Shown piece by piece: positions 16,218 through 26,797 of a DNA stretch of 26,797 bases; position 1 is the stretch's first letter; each line of letters begins with the position of its first letter. Source of the stretch: Thermoplasmata archaeon (GTDB lineage Archaea; Thermoplasmatota; E2; UBA202; JdFR-43). The position numbers and the translations under genes were made by a program. The stretch spans positions 1 through 26,797 of the forward strand of contig JAGGXG010000023.1 of the NCBI GenBank assembly GCA_021163175.1, written 5' to 3'. The notes below the pieces were generated by a model. It saw only the letters and a list, made by a program, of their open reading frames with translations. It searched no databases and was not told the DNA's origin.

Positions 16218-18829
16218 TCTATCAATATTGCTATATCATCAACCTCGATTAAACTTTTTCCTTTTGGTTTTCTGACTATTCTAACAAATTCCCTGTCCAG
16301 TTTTATTTCATCTCCTATCAAGGCGTATCCTTTTTCCTCGATTTCATTTGCAATCTCCTCGGGATTCTTTTTTATTTCTTCCACTATTGTTTTGCTCTTT
16401 TCCTTGAATGCTGGCCCTATTTTATTGTACAATGGCTCTGCTATGCTTTCATATTCAACCTCAAATCCTCCTATTTCAAGCTCTTCTATCTTCATCGTCT
16501 CCTTTATTGTTTCCTTTGCCTCCTCGCCAATTCCAGATATTTTCACTTTTTTGATTGGTGAGTTCAAAGCAATACCATTTTTATTCTTCCATTCTCTTAA
16601 CTTTGCTATAACCTTCTTCGCTCTCTCTCCAGCCTCAACAGCTTTTTCATCTATTAACAATGGTTCAGGCCATTTTGAGGCATGGATGCTTTTCTCACCC
16701 TCAAATCTCTTGAAATGTACATCATATATTTCCTCAGCTATGAATGGCAGGAATGGAGCAATAAGTTTTGCTATTCCAAGACCAATTTCATATAGAGTAT
16801 ATATGGCGGATTCATCTTTCTTTCCATATACTCTATACTTCACCATCTCTATGTAATGGTCTGCAAGTTCATGCCATATAAAATATTCTATTTTCTTCAT
16901 TGCATCCGAAAATTCAAAGGAATCCATGTGTTGCGTTGCTTCTTCAACAACCTTGCTATACAAACTCAGGATCCATTTATCAATGATGTTGAGCTCTCTC
17001 GGCGGAGATGGCTTTGCTTCCACTGCATTTCCAATGAATTTTTCAATATTCCATATTTTGTTCATGAGTCTTTTTCCTCTCACCAGATCCTGAAAACGGA
17101 ATGGATTGTCTTCTCCAAGTTTGCAGCCAGCAGCGTAATAGCGCAATGCGTCTGCGCCATGCTCCCTCATTATTTCTATGGGATCGATGACATTGCCAAG
17201 CGAGGTATGCATTGGTTTTCCATCTGGAGCGAGAATGAAGCCATCTATCATAACTTCCCTAAATGGCTCCTTTCCAGTAAGCAACACACCCCGCAAAATT
17301 GTATAGAATGCCCATGTCCTTATTATGTCATGAGCTTGCGGTCTTAAAGACATTGGATACAGTTTTTTGAATAACTCATTGTCACGCTTCCAGAAAGTGT
17401 TGTACAATGGGCTTATTGAAGAATCCATCCAGGTATCGAAAACGTCCTCACTTCCTTTTAGCTTAGCCCCGCAAACCGGACATCTTTCAACAGGAGGTTC
17501 ATCCATAGTTGGATCAACATAGCATTGCTTTTCTTCCGCCAGAACAACATGACCGTTTTCACATTCCCACAATGGCAAAGGCGTAGCAAAATATCGCTGC
17601 CGAGATATAACCCAATCCCATTTCAGCGATTCCACCCATTCCTCAAGCCTCTTTTTCATATGCTCTGGATACCATTTCATTCTATTGGCGGCTTTGAGAA
17701 CTTCTTCCTTAAAAGGCAAAATCTTCAAAAACCACTGCTCAGTTTGTATAAACTCTATTGGCGTCTTGCAGCGCCAGCACACGCCGACGCTCTGCTCCAG
17801 CTCCTCCTGCTTTATTAAGTAGCCATCTTTTTTTAAATCCTCTATTATTGCTTTCTTTGCTTCTTCTATTTTCATCCCTGCATATTTTCCAGCCAAGCTG
17901 TTAAGAGTGCCATCCTCATTTATGCAAATTTTAAGTTCCAAGCCATACTTCATCGCCCATTCCAAATCATCTTTATCACCTATGGTACAAATCATAACGA
18001 TGCCTGTTCCAAACTCTGGATCAACTTTTTCGTCTTCGACGATCTCCAAAGCCTGGCCATATATCGGAGCCCTTATTTTCTTTCCAGCAAGATATGGGGC
18101 ACGTTCATCATCTGGATTTATCGCTGCCATCTGACATGTAGCCAGCAACTCAGGGCGAGTTGTGGCTATCTCCACATACCATCCACGCTCGTCTTTCCCC
18201 ACACCTTTCATTTCATATGGTGGCGTATAATCAACAAAATAAAATTTGAGGGTATTAAGCCATGTCTTTCTATTAACATGTTCTATCTCTGCATCTGCCA
18301 TTGCAGTCATGCAGCGAGGACACCAATTAACAGGGAACTTTCCTTTATAAATGAGACCTTTTTTATACAATTCTATAAATGAAATCTGGGTGAGACGGCG
18401 ATAATAGTCAGCATCTGTGCGGTAATAAATGCTATCATCCATTGATTCGCCAAGCATTTCAAACTGGCGTATCATTTCCCCTATATTTTCATCTGCAAAT
18501 TCCTTGCATAGCTTTATGAATTCATGCCTGTCTATGTCTTTTCTTGTTACCCCAAGCTTTCTCTCGACTCGCTCTTCTATGGGTATGCCATTCACATCAA
18601 AGCAAAGAGGAAAGAAAACATTGTAGCCTCGCATTCTTTTGTAACGGGCAACAAAATCGATATGCGTATAATGGACGGCATGCCCAATATGCAGGGCGCC
18701 CGAAGCATAGCGAGGGGGGTTATCAATGGAATAAACAGGCTCTTTGCCTTTCTCGAATCTATATATCCCCATTTCTTTCCATTTCTGTTGCCATTTTTTC
18801 TCTACACTCAAAGCATCATAGCCATTCAT
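16214..18829 (-). CDS. valS: Valyl-tRNA synthetase (archaeal type)
   Basis: IDNPPRYASGALHIGH, FPVNWCPRC.TA.ADAE, IATTRPEL, GTGIVM.CT.GD, WDWVISRQRYFATP, DVFDTWMDSS, QAHDIIRTW. KMSKS position reads PMHTS. Confidence 0.95.
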   Translation of the reverse strand: MNGYDALSVEKKWQQKWKEMGIYRFEKGKEPVYSIDNPPRYASGALHIGHAVHYTHIDFVARYKRMRGYNVFFPLCFDVNGIPIEERVERKLGVTRKDIDRHEFIKLCKEFADENIGEMIRQFEMLGESMDDSIYYRTDADYYRRLTQISFIELYKKGLIYKGKFPVNWCPRCMTAMADAEIEHVNRKTWLNTLKFYFVDYTPPYEMKGVGKDERGWYVEIATTRPELLATCQMAAINPDDERAPYLAGKKIRAPIYGQALEIVEDEKVDPEFGTGIVMICTIGDKDDLEWAMKYGLELKICINEDGTLNSLAGKYAGMKIEEAKKAIIEDLKKDGYLIKQEELEQSVGVCWRCKTPIEFIQTEQWFLKILPFKEEVLKAANRMKWYPEHMKKRLEEWVESLKWDWVISRQRYFATPLPLWECENGHVVLAEEKQCYVDPTMDEPPVERCPVCGAKLKGSEDVFDTWMDSSISPLYNTFWKRDNELFKKLYPMSLRPQAHDIIRTWAFYTILRGVLLTGKEPFREVMIDGFILAPDGKPMHTSLGNVIDPIEIMREHGADALRYYAAGCKLGEDNPFRFQDLVRGKRLMNKIWNIEKFIGNAVEAKPSPPRELNIIDKWILSLYSKVVEEATQHMDSFEFSDAMKKIEYFIWHELADHYIEMVKYRVYGKKDESAIYTLYEIGLGIAKLIAPFLPFIAEEIYDVHFKRFEGEKSIHASKWPEPLLIDEKAVEAGERAKKVIAKLREWKNKNGIALNSPIKKVKISGIGEEAKETIKETMKIEELEIGGFEVEYESIAEPLYNKIGPAFKEKSKTIVEEIKKNPEEIANEIEEKGYALIGDEIKLDREFVRIVRKPKGKSLIEVDDIAILIE

Positions 18830-18927
18830 TTGGTATGAAGTATATTTACACTTATAAATTTGTTGGATGAGAAGGCGTTGTTTACCTTATCTCCACAACT
18901 ATTTTTAATAAAAAACCTATTACCATC

Positions 18928-20541
18928 ATGATTGAAAAGACATTGGGACAGGTATTGGATGAGACTGCTGCCAAATATCCTGATAATGAAGCGTTGGTCT
19001 ATCTGGATGGACCACGCTATACATACAAGCAATTTAAAGAAATAGTGGATACGGTAGCAAAAGGATTGATAAAACTTGGAGCGAAAAAAGGAGATCATGT
19101 TGCTGTATGGGCATATAATGTGCCAGAATGGGTTATATTGCAATTTGCAACCGCCAAGATGGGGGCTGTTTTGGTGACGGTCAATACATATTATAAGGCC
19201 AAGGAACTCGAGTATTTATTGAAGCAATCTGATACCCGCTTTTTATTTCTCGTAGATAAATTCAAAGATGTGAGCTATATTGACACGCTCTATAAAGTAA
19301 TGCCTGAAATAAAAGAAGGAAAAAAGCCGTCTGGCTTTCCAATGTTTGAAAAAGCCATATATATTGGAAAAGAAAAGCATGAAGGCTTGCTCAATTTCGA
19401 TGATGTTGTGGAAATGGGAAAAGATGTTGACGATGAGGAATTGAAAAAAATTGAAGCAATGCTGGATTGCCATGATGTTGTAAACATGCAATACACATCT
19501 GGCACAACAGGCTTTCCAAAAGGAGTGATGCTCACTCACTATAACATCGTTAACAATGCATACTGGGTTGGACAATATCTTGGGCTTAGCAACAAGGACA
19601 GGATGTGTATTCCTGTGCCATTCTTCCATTGCTTCGGCTGCGTTTTATCAACGCTGAACTGCGTTATTTATGGGGCAACGATGGTTCCAATAAAAATATT
19701 TGATGCTGGCGAAGTGCTGAAAGCTATCGATAAAGAAAAATGCACCGTCATTCAGGGAGTGCCAACAATGTTTGTTCGCGAGCTAAATCATCCTGATTTC
19801 CATAAATATGATATGTCATCATTGCGAACTGGCATCATGGCTGGGGCGCCATGCCCCATCGAGGTTATGAGGCGTGTTATGAATGAAATGCATGCAAAAG
19901 AAATCACCATAGCTTATGGCTTAACAGAAGCCTCGCCAGTAATAACCATGACAAAAAGGGATGATGACATAAACAAGAGAGTTGAAACTGTGGGAAAGGC
20001 TTTGCCTTATGTGGATGTAAAAATTGTTGAGCCAGGCACATTGAAAGAGCAGCCGCCAAACACGCCAGGCGAGCTGGTGGCGAGAGGCTACAATATAATG
20101 AAAGGCTACTATAAAATGCCAGAAGCAACAGCAAAAGCAATAGAGAATGGATGGCTGCATACAAAGGATTTGGCAACAATGGATGAAGAAGGATATGTTC
20201 GCATTCTTGGAAGGGTGGATGATATGATAATAAGGGGCGGCGAGAATGTTTATCCTCGAGAGATAGAAGAGTTCCTGTACACGCATCCAAAGATAAAAGA
20301 GGTTCAAGTTGTGGGAGTGCCACATAGTGAGTATGGAGAAGAGGTCGCAGCTTTCATACAGCTTAAGGAGGGGATGGAAGCAAGCGAGGAGGAAATAAAA
20401 GAATATTGCAGGGAAAACATTGCCAGATATAAAATTCCAAAATATATTTTCTTCGTAAATGAATGGCCCATGACGGCGAGTGGAAAAATACAGAAGTTCA
20501 AGCTTCGCGAATTGGCTAAGCAAAAACTTGGAAGAAAATAA
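18928..20541 (+). CDS. AMP-dependent acyl-CoA synthetase (fatty-acid-CoA ligase family)
   Basis: QYTSGTTGFPKG, PFFHCFG, GIMAGAPCP, AYGLTEASP, GRVDDMIIRGGENVYPREIE, TASGKIQK. Confidence 0.9.
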   Translation: MIEKTLGQVLDETAAKYPDNEALVYLDGPRYTYKQFKEIVDTVAKGLIKLGAKKGDHVAVWAYNVPEWVILQFATAKMGAVLVTVNTYYKAKELEYLLKQSDTRFLFLVDKFKDVSYIDTLYKVMPEIKEGKKPSGFPMFEKAIYIGKEKHEGLLNFDDVVEMGKDVDDEELKKIEAMLDCHDVVNMQYTSGTTGFPKGVMLTHYNIVNNAYWVGQYLGLSNKDRMCIPVPFFHCFGCVLSTLNCVIYGATMVPIKIFDAGEVLKAIDKEKCTVIQGVPTMFVRELNHPDFHKYDMSSLRTGIMAGAPCPIEVMRRVMNEMHAKEITIAYGLTEASPVITMTKRDDDINKRVETVGKALPYVDVKIVEPGTLKEQPPNTPGELVARGYNIMKGYYKMPEATAKAIENGWLHTKDLATMDEEGYVRILGRVDDMIIRGGENVYPREIEEFLYTHPKIKEVQVVGVPHSEYGEEVAAFIQLKEGMEASEEEIKEYCRENIARYKIPKYIFFVNEWPMTASGKIQKFKLRELAKQKLGRK

Positions 20542-22715
20542 TGAAAATAATTTTTAGAGGCGTCGTCCAAGGCGTTGGTTTTCGTCCCCTGGTGTATAGA
20601 ATTGCAAAGGAGCTTGGATTGCATGGATATGTTTTGAATAAAGGAGGAGAAGTTGAGGTTGTAATAGATGGAGATGAAAAGAAATTTATAGAGGAGGTTA
20701 AAAAAAGATTGCCGAATGTTGCCAGAATAGATGAAATAATTGTTCAGCCATGTGATGTAGCATACAAAGATTTTAAGATAATAGAAAGCAAGGATGGACA
20801 TAGAGAGTTTGCCATTCCTGTCGATACCGCAATATGTGACTCATGCCTTAAAGAAATTTTTGATAAAAATAACAGGCGTTATCTCTATCCCTTCACTAAT
20901 TGCACAATATGTGGGGCAAGATTCAGCCTGATAAAGGATTTGCCTTATGATAGAGAAAATACTTCCATGGATGAATTCAAAATGTGTAATGAATGCATGA
21001 ATGAATATAAAGATGTCATGAACAGGCGTTATCATGCCCAAACGATTTCATGTCCAAAATGTGGTCCTTACTATATCCTGTATGGTAAAGAAGGAAATGT
21101 CATTGCTGTAAAAAATGAGGCAATAAAAAGATTTGCAGAATATATGGACAATGGCTATTTTGGTGTGATAAAATCATGGGGAGGAATGCATCTCGTTTGC
21201 AGCATAGATAAAATTAACGAGTTCAGAAAATGGTATGGAAGGGAGCAGAAGCCATTTGCAATAATGGTGAGAGACATAAAAACAGCTGAAAAATATGCTT
21301 ATATAGGCGAAGAAGAAAGAAAAATTTTGTTATCAAAAGCACGTCCGATCGTATTGCTGCGTAAAAAAAACAATGCTTTGGAAATTGCTTCTCCAGGCTT
21401 GCCCAACATTGGCATTTATCTGCCATATTCCGCTCTTCATCATATATTATTTCATTACATGAAAAAAGATGCATTGTTGATGACTTCCGCCAATCCGCAA
21501 GGACAGCCAATGGTAATTGAAAATGAAAAAGCATTTGATTTGAATGCAGATTATTATCTTCTCCATAACAGAAAGATTGTGAATAGAATAGATGACAGCG
21601 TTTTAAAAATATGGAAAGGGAGGAAATTTTTCATAAGAAAATCAAGAGGATTTATTCCCTCTTTTTTTCCTTCTCCCCATAACAAAAAAGTTATTGCTGT
21701 TGGAGCTGAAGAAAATTCATCTGCAGCGATATCCATAAATGGAAAAATTTACTCAACGCAATATATAGGCGATACCAAAAATTATGACACCATGCTATAT
21801 CTCGAAAATGCGATAAAATTCTTCATGAAGCTTTTTAAAATGGATGACATAGATGCCATAGCCATTGATTTGCATCCATTGTATAACAGCAGGAAAGTTG
21901 CGATGAAACTTGCTGAAGAGTATGAGGTAGCCACCATACAAGTGCAGCATCACTGGGCTCATGCCACCTCGCTACTCCTAGACAACTCCGCCCAGGAAGC
22001 TGTCGTGCTTACTCTGGATGGTTTGGGTTATGGAAGCGATGGAACGCTCTGGGGCGGCGAAGTTCTGCATGCGAGCTTTGAAAATTTTGAGAGGATCGGG
22101 CATTTAAAATACATTCCATTGATAGGAGGCGACGTGGCCACAAAGGACATAAGGCGTATAGTTTTTTCAATATTCGACCAATTTGGAGAGGAGATTTTCT
22201 TCCATGGCGAGCATGCTTCTTTAATGAGAAAACTTGCCAAAGATGCGCCGTTGACAAGCAGTATGGGTCGCGTGCTCGATGCCCTTTCATGCTATCTTGG
22301 CATATGCATGAAAAGCACGTATGATGGCGAAGCTGCTATGAAACTTGAGAAATATTTGGAAGAAGGAAAAGATGAATATGAATTTGAGGCGAAAGTTGAG
22401 AATGGAATCGTAGATACAGTTGAGCTATTCAGGCAGCTTCATGAGATTGGCGTGGGAAATAAAGCAAATGCTGCATATTCTTTTGTAAAGGCTTTGATCG
22501 ATGCCTTCTCAAACATTGCCATCGAGTATGCAACGAGGAAAGGTATAGAAAGCATTGGAATAACAGGAGGTGTTTCTTATAGTCTGCCCATCGTTAATAT
22601 GCTGGAAGAAAATGTTAAAAAGGCTGGATTGCATTTGCTTGTGCATAACAACGTTCCAAATGGTGATAATGGCATTGCCATCGGACAAAACATCATAGGT
22701 GGAATAAATGCATGA
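20541..22715 (+). CDS. hypF: [NiFe]-hydrogenase maturation carbamoyltransferase HypF
   Basis: Acylphosphatase domain GVVQGVGFRP; two Zn fingers (CDSC..CTIC, CNEC..CPKC); MTSAN; DLHPLY, QHHWAH, LDGLGYG, GDNGIAIGQ. Confidence 0.95.
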   Translation: MKIIFRGVVQGVGFRPLVYRIAKELGLHGYVLNKGGEVEVVIDGDEKKFIEEVKKRLPNVARIDEIIVQPCDVAYKDFKIIESKDGHREFAIPVDTAICDSCLKEIFDKNNRRYLYPFTNCTICGARFSLIKDLPYDRENTSMDEFKMCNECMNEYKDVMNRRYHAQTISCPKCGPYYILYGKEGNVIAVKNEAIKRFAEYMDNGYFGVIKSWGGMHLVCSIDKINEFRKWYGREQKPFAIMVRDIKTAEKYAYIGEEERKILLSKARPIVLLRKKNNALEIASPGLPNIGIYLPYSALHHILFHYMKKDALLMTSANPQGQPMVIENEKAFDLNADYYLLHNRKIVNRIDDSVLKIWKGRKFFIRKSRGFIPSFFPSPHNKKVIAVGAEENSSAAISINGKIYSTQYIGDTKNYDTMLYLENAIKFFMKLFKMDDIDAIAIDLHPLYNSRKVAMKLAEEYEVATIQVQHHWAHATSLLLDNSAQEAVVLTLDGLGYGSDGTLWGGEVLHASFENFERIGHLKYIPLIGGDVATKDIRRIVFSIFDQFGEEIFFHGEHASLMRKLAKDAPLTSSMGRVLDALSCYLGICMKSTYDGEAAMKLEKYLEEGKDEYEFEAKVENGIVDTVELFRQLHEIGVGNKANAAYSFVKALIDAFSNIAIEYATRKGIESIGITGGVSYSLPIVNMLEENVKKAGLHLLVHNNVPNGDNGIAIGQNIIGGINA

Positions 22716-23109
22716 ATGGGCGCTGGCAGAAGGTGTGATAAAAACAGCCATTGAGAAAGCAAAAGAGCATGGAATCAAAAAAATAAATGAAATAGATTTG
22801 AAGATAGGAGAAATGCAGGATATCGAAATGGATATATTCAAATTTGCTCTCGATGAACTGATGAAAGAATATGACATGGAAGCGAAGGTGAATATAAAAA
22901 TACAGAAAACAAGGCTAAGATGCAATGTTTGCAACCATGAATGGAGCTTCGATGAATTCAAGCTTAGCGATGAAGAGAAAGAATTCGTGCATTTTTTGCC
23001 AGAGTCAATTTTTTCATATGCCCGCTGCCCCAAATGCGGGAGCCAGTATTTTGAAATCGTTGAAGGAAGAGGAGTATGGATAGAAGCAATAAGGGGGAAC
23101 GATGATTGA
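22708..23109 (+). CDS. hypA: Hydrogenase nickel metallochaperone HypA
   Basis: MHEWALA N-terminal Ni site, CNVC...CPKC Zn site, internal HFLPE, GRGV. Confidence 0.93.
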   Translation: MHEWALAEGVIKTAIEKAKEHGIKKINEIDLKIGEMQDIEMDIFKFALDELMKEYDMEAKVNIKIQKTRLRCNVCNHEWSFDEFKLSDEEKEFVHFLPESIFSYARCPKCGSQYFEIVEGRGVWIEAIRGNDD

Positions 23110-23815
23110 TGCAAGGATTAGCGTCATTGGAGACAGGCTGAAAAATGTGAAAAGAGTAATAGCTGTTAGCAGCGGAAAAGGCGGCGTTGGCAAAAGTATG
23201 GTTTCCACCACTGTTGCATTGGCTCTTGCTAAAAAATACAGGGTTGGCTTGCTCGACTTAGACTTTTATGGGCCTTCCACGCATTTGATTCTGAATGCAA
23301 ACGAAAAGCCTGTTGAAAAGAATGGAATCTTGCCACCAACCATAGCCAACATAAAATTCATGTCAATAGTTTACTTTACCGAGGAAAATCCAGCCCCGCT
23401 AAAAGGAAAGGATATAATAAATGCAATAATAGAATTGCTTGCAATAACAATATGGGATGAGCTTGATTTTTTAATAATCGATATGCCTCCCGGGATGGGC
23501 GAGGAAGTAATGGCAATAATAAAATTCATGAAGAATGCTGAATTCATTGTTGTTACGACGCCTTCCATTCTTTCATGGGAAACTGTGAAAAAGCTCCTGA
23601 TTTTCTTGAAAGAAAACAAATGCAATGTTCTTGGTGTGATAGAAAACATGGTTATGGAAAAAAGCATTGAAAATGAAATAAAGAAGGTGAGTAAATACCT
23701 CGGAAAAGTTGAGTTTGATGAAAATATAGAGCATTGCATTGGAAAGCCATCCAAGCTGCTTGAAAGCAAATTTGGAAAGGGCATTGAAAAAATAGTTTTT
23801 TATATCCTTCAATAA
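23102..23815 (+). CDS. Mrp/MinD-family ATPase, probably ATPase-type HypB
   Basis: [42 protein letters not shown]; lacks the CPxC of the Fe-S carrier; overlaps the hypA 3' end. Confidence 0.82.
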   Translation: MIDARISVIGDRLKNVKRVIAVSSGKGGVGKSMVSTTVALALAKKYRVGLLDLDFYGPSTHLILNANEKPVEKNGILPPTIANIKFMSIVYFTEENPAPLKGKDIINAIIELLAITIWDELDFLIIDMPPGMGEEVMAIIKFMKNAEFIVVTTPSILSWETVKKLLIFLKENKCNVLGVIENMVMEKSIENEIKKVSKYLGKVEFDENIEHCIGKPSKLLESKFGKGIEKIVFYILQ

Positions 23816-25206
<1,391 letters not shown>

Positions 25207-25212
25207 TATCAA

Positions 25213-25228
25213 CCGAAAGGGTTAATAA
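25213..25228 (+). promoter_or_regulatory. BRE + TATA promoter (CCGAAA-GG-GTTAATAA) of the final ORF
   Basis: TATA-like element starts 28 nt upstream of ATG 25249 and is preceded by a BRE-like CGAAA. Confidence 0.6.
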
Positions 25229-25248
25229 TGTACTTCACTTTTTAATCC

Positions 25249-26797
25249 ATGAAAGGAGTATATTTAGCAGCATGTATTTTGTTTATTTTGGCATCTTTTG
25301 CCATAGCCCAGCTACCGCCGGCGAAGGATGCAGTTGTTATGATTGATTGGAATGATGGAAAACACAGCTATTCAAATTTCACATTTACTGGCAATGATGG
25401 CTATTATGAAATGAATGTTGCTTCTGGAAATGTGAATGTGTCGACGGGAATGGCATTCAATAGAGGAAATGAGCTTTTAATGATTGGCAACTGGTCTGGC
25501 AATTTTTCCATAAATGGAACAAAATGGAAGAATTTCACTCTTTTTATGTCTCACGAGGATGCAAAAATATATGGTTACGTATATGACAATGCAAGCCACG
25601 CCACCATAGAAGCAAATGTTTCAATATATTTTGAAGCATTCGATAAAAAATATGCTGGATTGAATTATACTCTTACACAAAATGGATATTACGAGATATG
25701 GCTGCCTGCCTCAAATGTTTCGATCGATGTTTCTGCAAATGGCTACAAAACTGCTTTTTATGATGGCAGCATATATTCAGACGAGGAAAAGAGAATTGAT
25801 TTTTATCTCGATGCTTCTCCAGCGGCTCCATTAACGGCATGGGTTAAAGGATATGTTAAAAGCGCAGATGAGCAGCCAATAAGCAATGCAAGTGTGGATG
25901 TGTATATACACAATGATAGCTACAACTATACTTCCATCAACTTCACATATACTCCTTCAAATGGCTATTTTGAGTTCCGTGTTCCAGCCGGAAATGGAAT
26001 GATAGCAGTTTCTGCCAGTAATTTCTTTTCAAATTTTTCGAATATAAGCGTTAGCGAAAACGAAATAGTATGGGCAAATATAACACTGCAGCCCCTGCCG
26101 CAAGATAATGCATGGGTCAGTGGATATGTTTATGATGATGATGGCAATCCTATAGCGGGAGCCAATGTGAGTGTGAGAGGAGGCATAATAATAATGATGA
26201 CAAATCAGGCATATTTTGAGAGAGATGGCACAACAGACCTGAATGGCTATTACAACATATCTGTTCCTGCCATAAATCCTGTGTGGTATCCGTATCCGCC
26301 GCTTGGCATTCTCATAAATGCAAGTGCAATAGATGCCGTATATGCATATGCAGATGGATATTTTGATAACTATAGTGTTTTAACGCCACCATCAAATGTT
26401 ATCCAGCCAGGGCAGACATTGAATGTTGATTTGGTGCTGGATTCCATGCCAGAAGAAAATTGCATTGTAAAAGGATACATTTATCTCTCCACGCAGCAGC
26501 CATCGCCTCCCAAACATATATTATATGTAGGCGGAACCGGAGAAGGAAACTATAGCAGCATACAGGCAGCCATTGAAAATGCAAGCAATGGCGATACAAT
26601 AAAAGTTTATCCTGGCGTGTATGATGGACCAATCATATTAAACAAAGAATTAAAGCTTGTTGGTGACCCGAGCATAGATGGGCATCGCAGCACAGGAATA
26701 AGCATAGAAGCAAGCAATGTTAGCATAGAAAACTTCACCATATACAATTCTTCCTATGGGATTTATGTTCACAATGAATCATTCACATTGCATAATA
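25249..26797 (+). CDS. Large secreted/surface protein (partial, runs off the window): tandem carboxypeptidase-regulatory-like beta-sandwich modules followed by a NosD/pectin-lyase-like beta-helix
   Basis: Manually translated, 516 codons with no stop, so absent from the ORF track. Signal peptide MKGVYLAACILFILASFAIA; repeated GYV.D..G.PI..A.V...NGYY/F modules; then ILYVGGTGEGNYSSIQAAIENASNGDTIKVYPGVY. Confidence 0.82.
   Translation, partial: MKGVYLAACILFILASFAIAQLPPAKDAVVMIDWNDGKHSYSNFTFTGNDGYYEMNVASGNVNVSTGMAFNRGNELLMIGNWSGNFSINGTKWKNFTLFMSHEDAKIYGYVYDNASHATIEANVSIYFEAFDKKYAGLNYTLTQNGYYEIWLPASNVSIDVSANGYKTAFYDGSIYSDEEKRIDFYLDASPAAPLTAWVKGYVKSADEQPISNASVDVYIHNDSYNYTSINFTYTPSNGYFEFRVPAGNGMIAVSASNFFSNFSNISVSENEIVWANITLQPLPQDNAWVSGYVYDDDGNPIAGANVSVRGGIIIMMTNQAYFERDGTTDLNGYYNISVPAINPVWYPYPPLGILINASAIDAVYAYADGYFDNYSVLTPPSNVIQPGQTLNVDLVLDSMPEENCIVKGYIYLSTQQPSPPKHILYVGGTGEGNYSSIQAAIENASNGDTIKVYPGVYDGPIILNKELKLVGDPSIDGHRSTGISIEASNVSIENFTIYNSSYGIYVHNESFTLHN

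Overview
Compact, mostly housekeeping archaeal chromosome segment. Gene content (archaeal RibC/RibL, S17e, Taw1, archease-RtcB, type II GAPDH, a BHB tRNA intron, an exported clostripain) points to Thermoplasmatota, possibly a sediment MBG-D/DHVEG-1-like lineage (inference). In order: tRNA-Met(CAT) with intron; a truncated, frameshifted small membrane-protein gene fused to the tRNA 3' end; DUF134-mrp (-); taw1-DUF401; gyaR-transglutaminase-like lipoprotein; pgk-divergent GAPDH; a hypothetical gene; an exported rhodanese; a clostripain-family peptidase; rps17e-ribB-ribL-ribC (-); an SPL-like radical SAM gene (-); archease-rtcB-DUF92; valS (-) followed by a 30-aa membrane microprotein below the ORF track's size cut-off; acyl-CoA synthetase-hypF-hypA-ATPase-type hypB-pyrB-pyrI; and a large secreted protein running off the right edge. 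I found no CRISPR, integrase, transposase or defence system, and I cannot support a wholly new multi-gene system. The best leads are the ValRS with KMSKS replaced by PMHTS, the valS-coupled microprotein, the hypF/pyrBI carbamoyl-phosphate cluster headed by an acyl-CoA synthetase, the tRNA-junction pseudogene, and the clostripain lacking its S1 aspartate. All family calls are from motif recognition by eye; no database searches were run.
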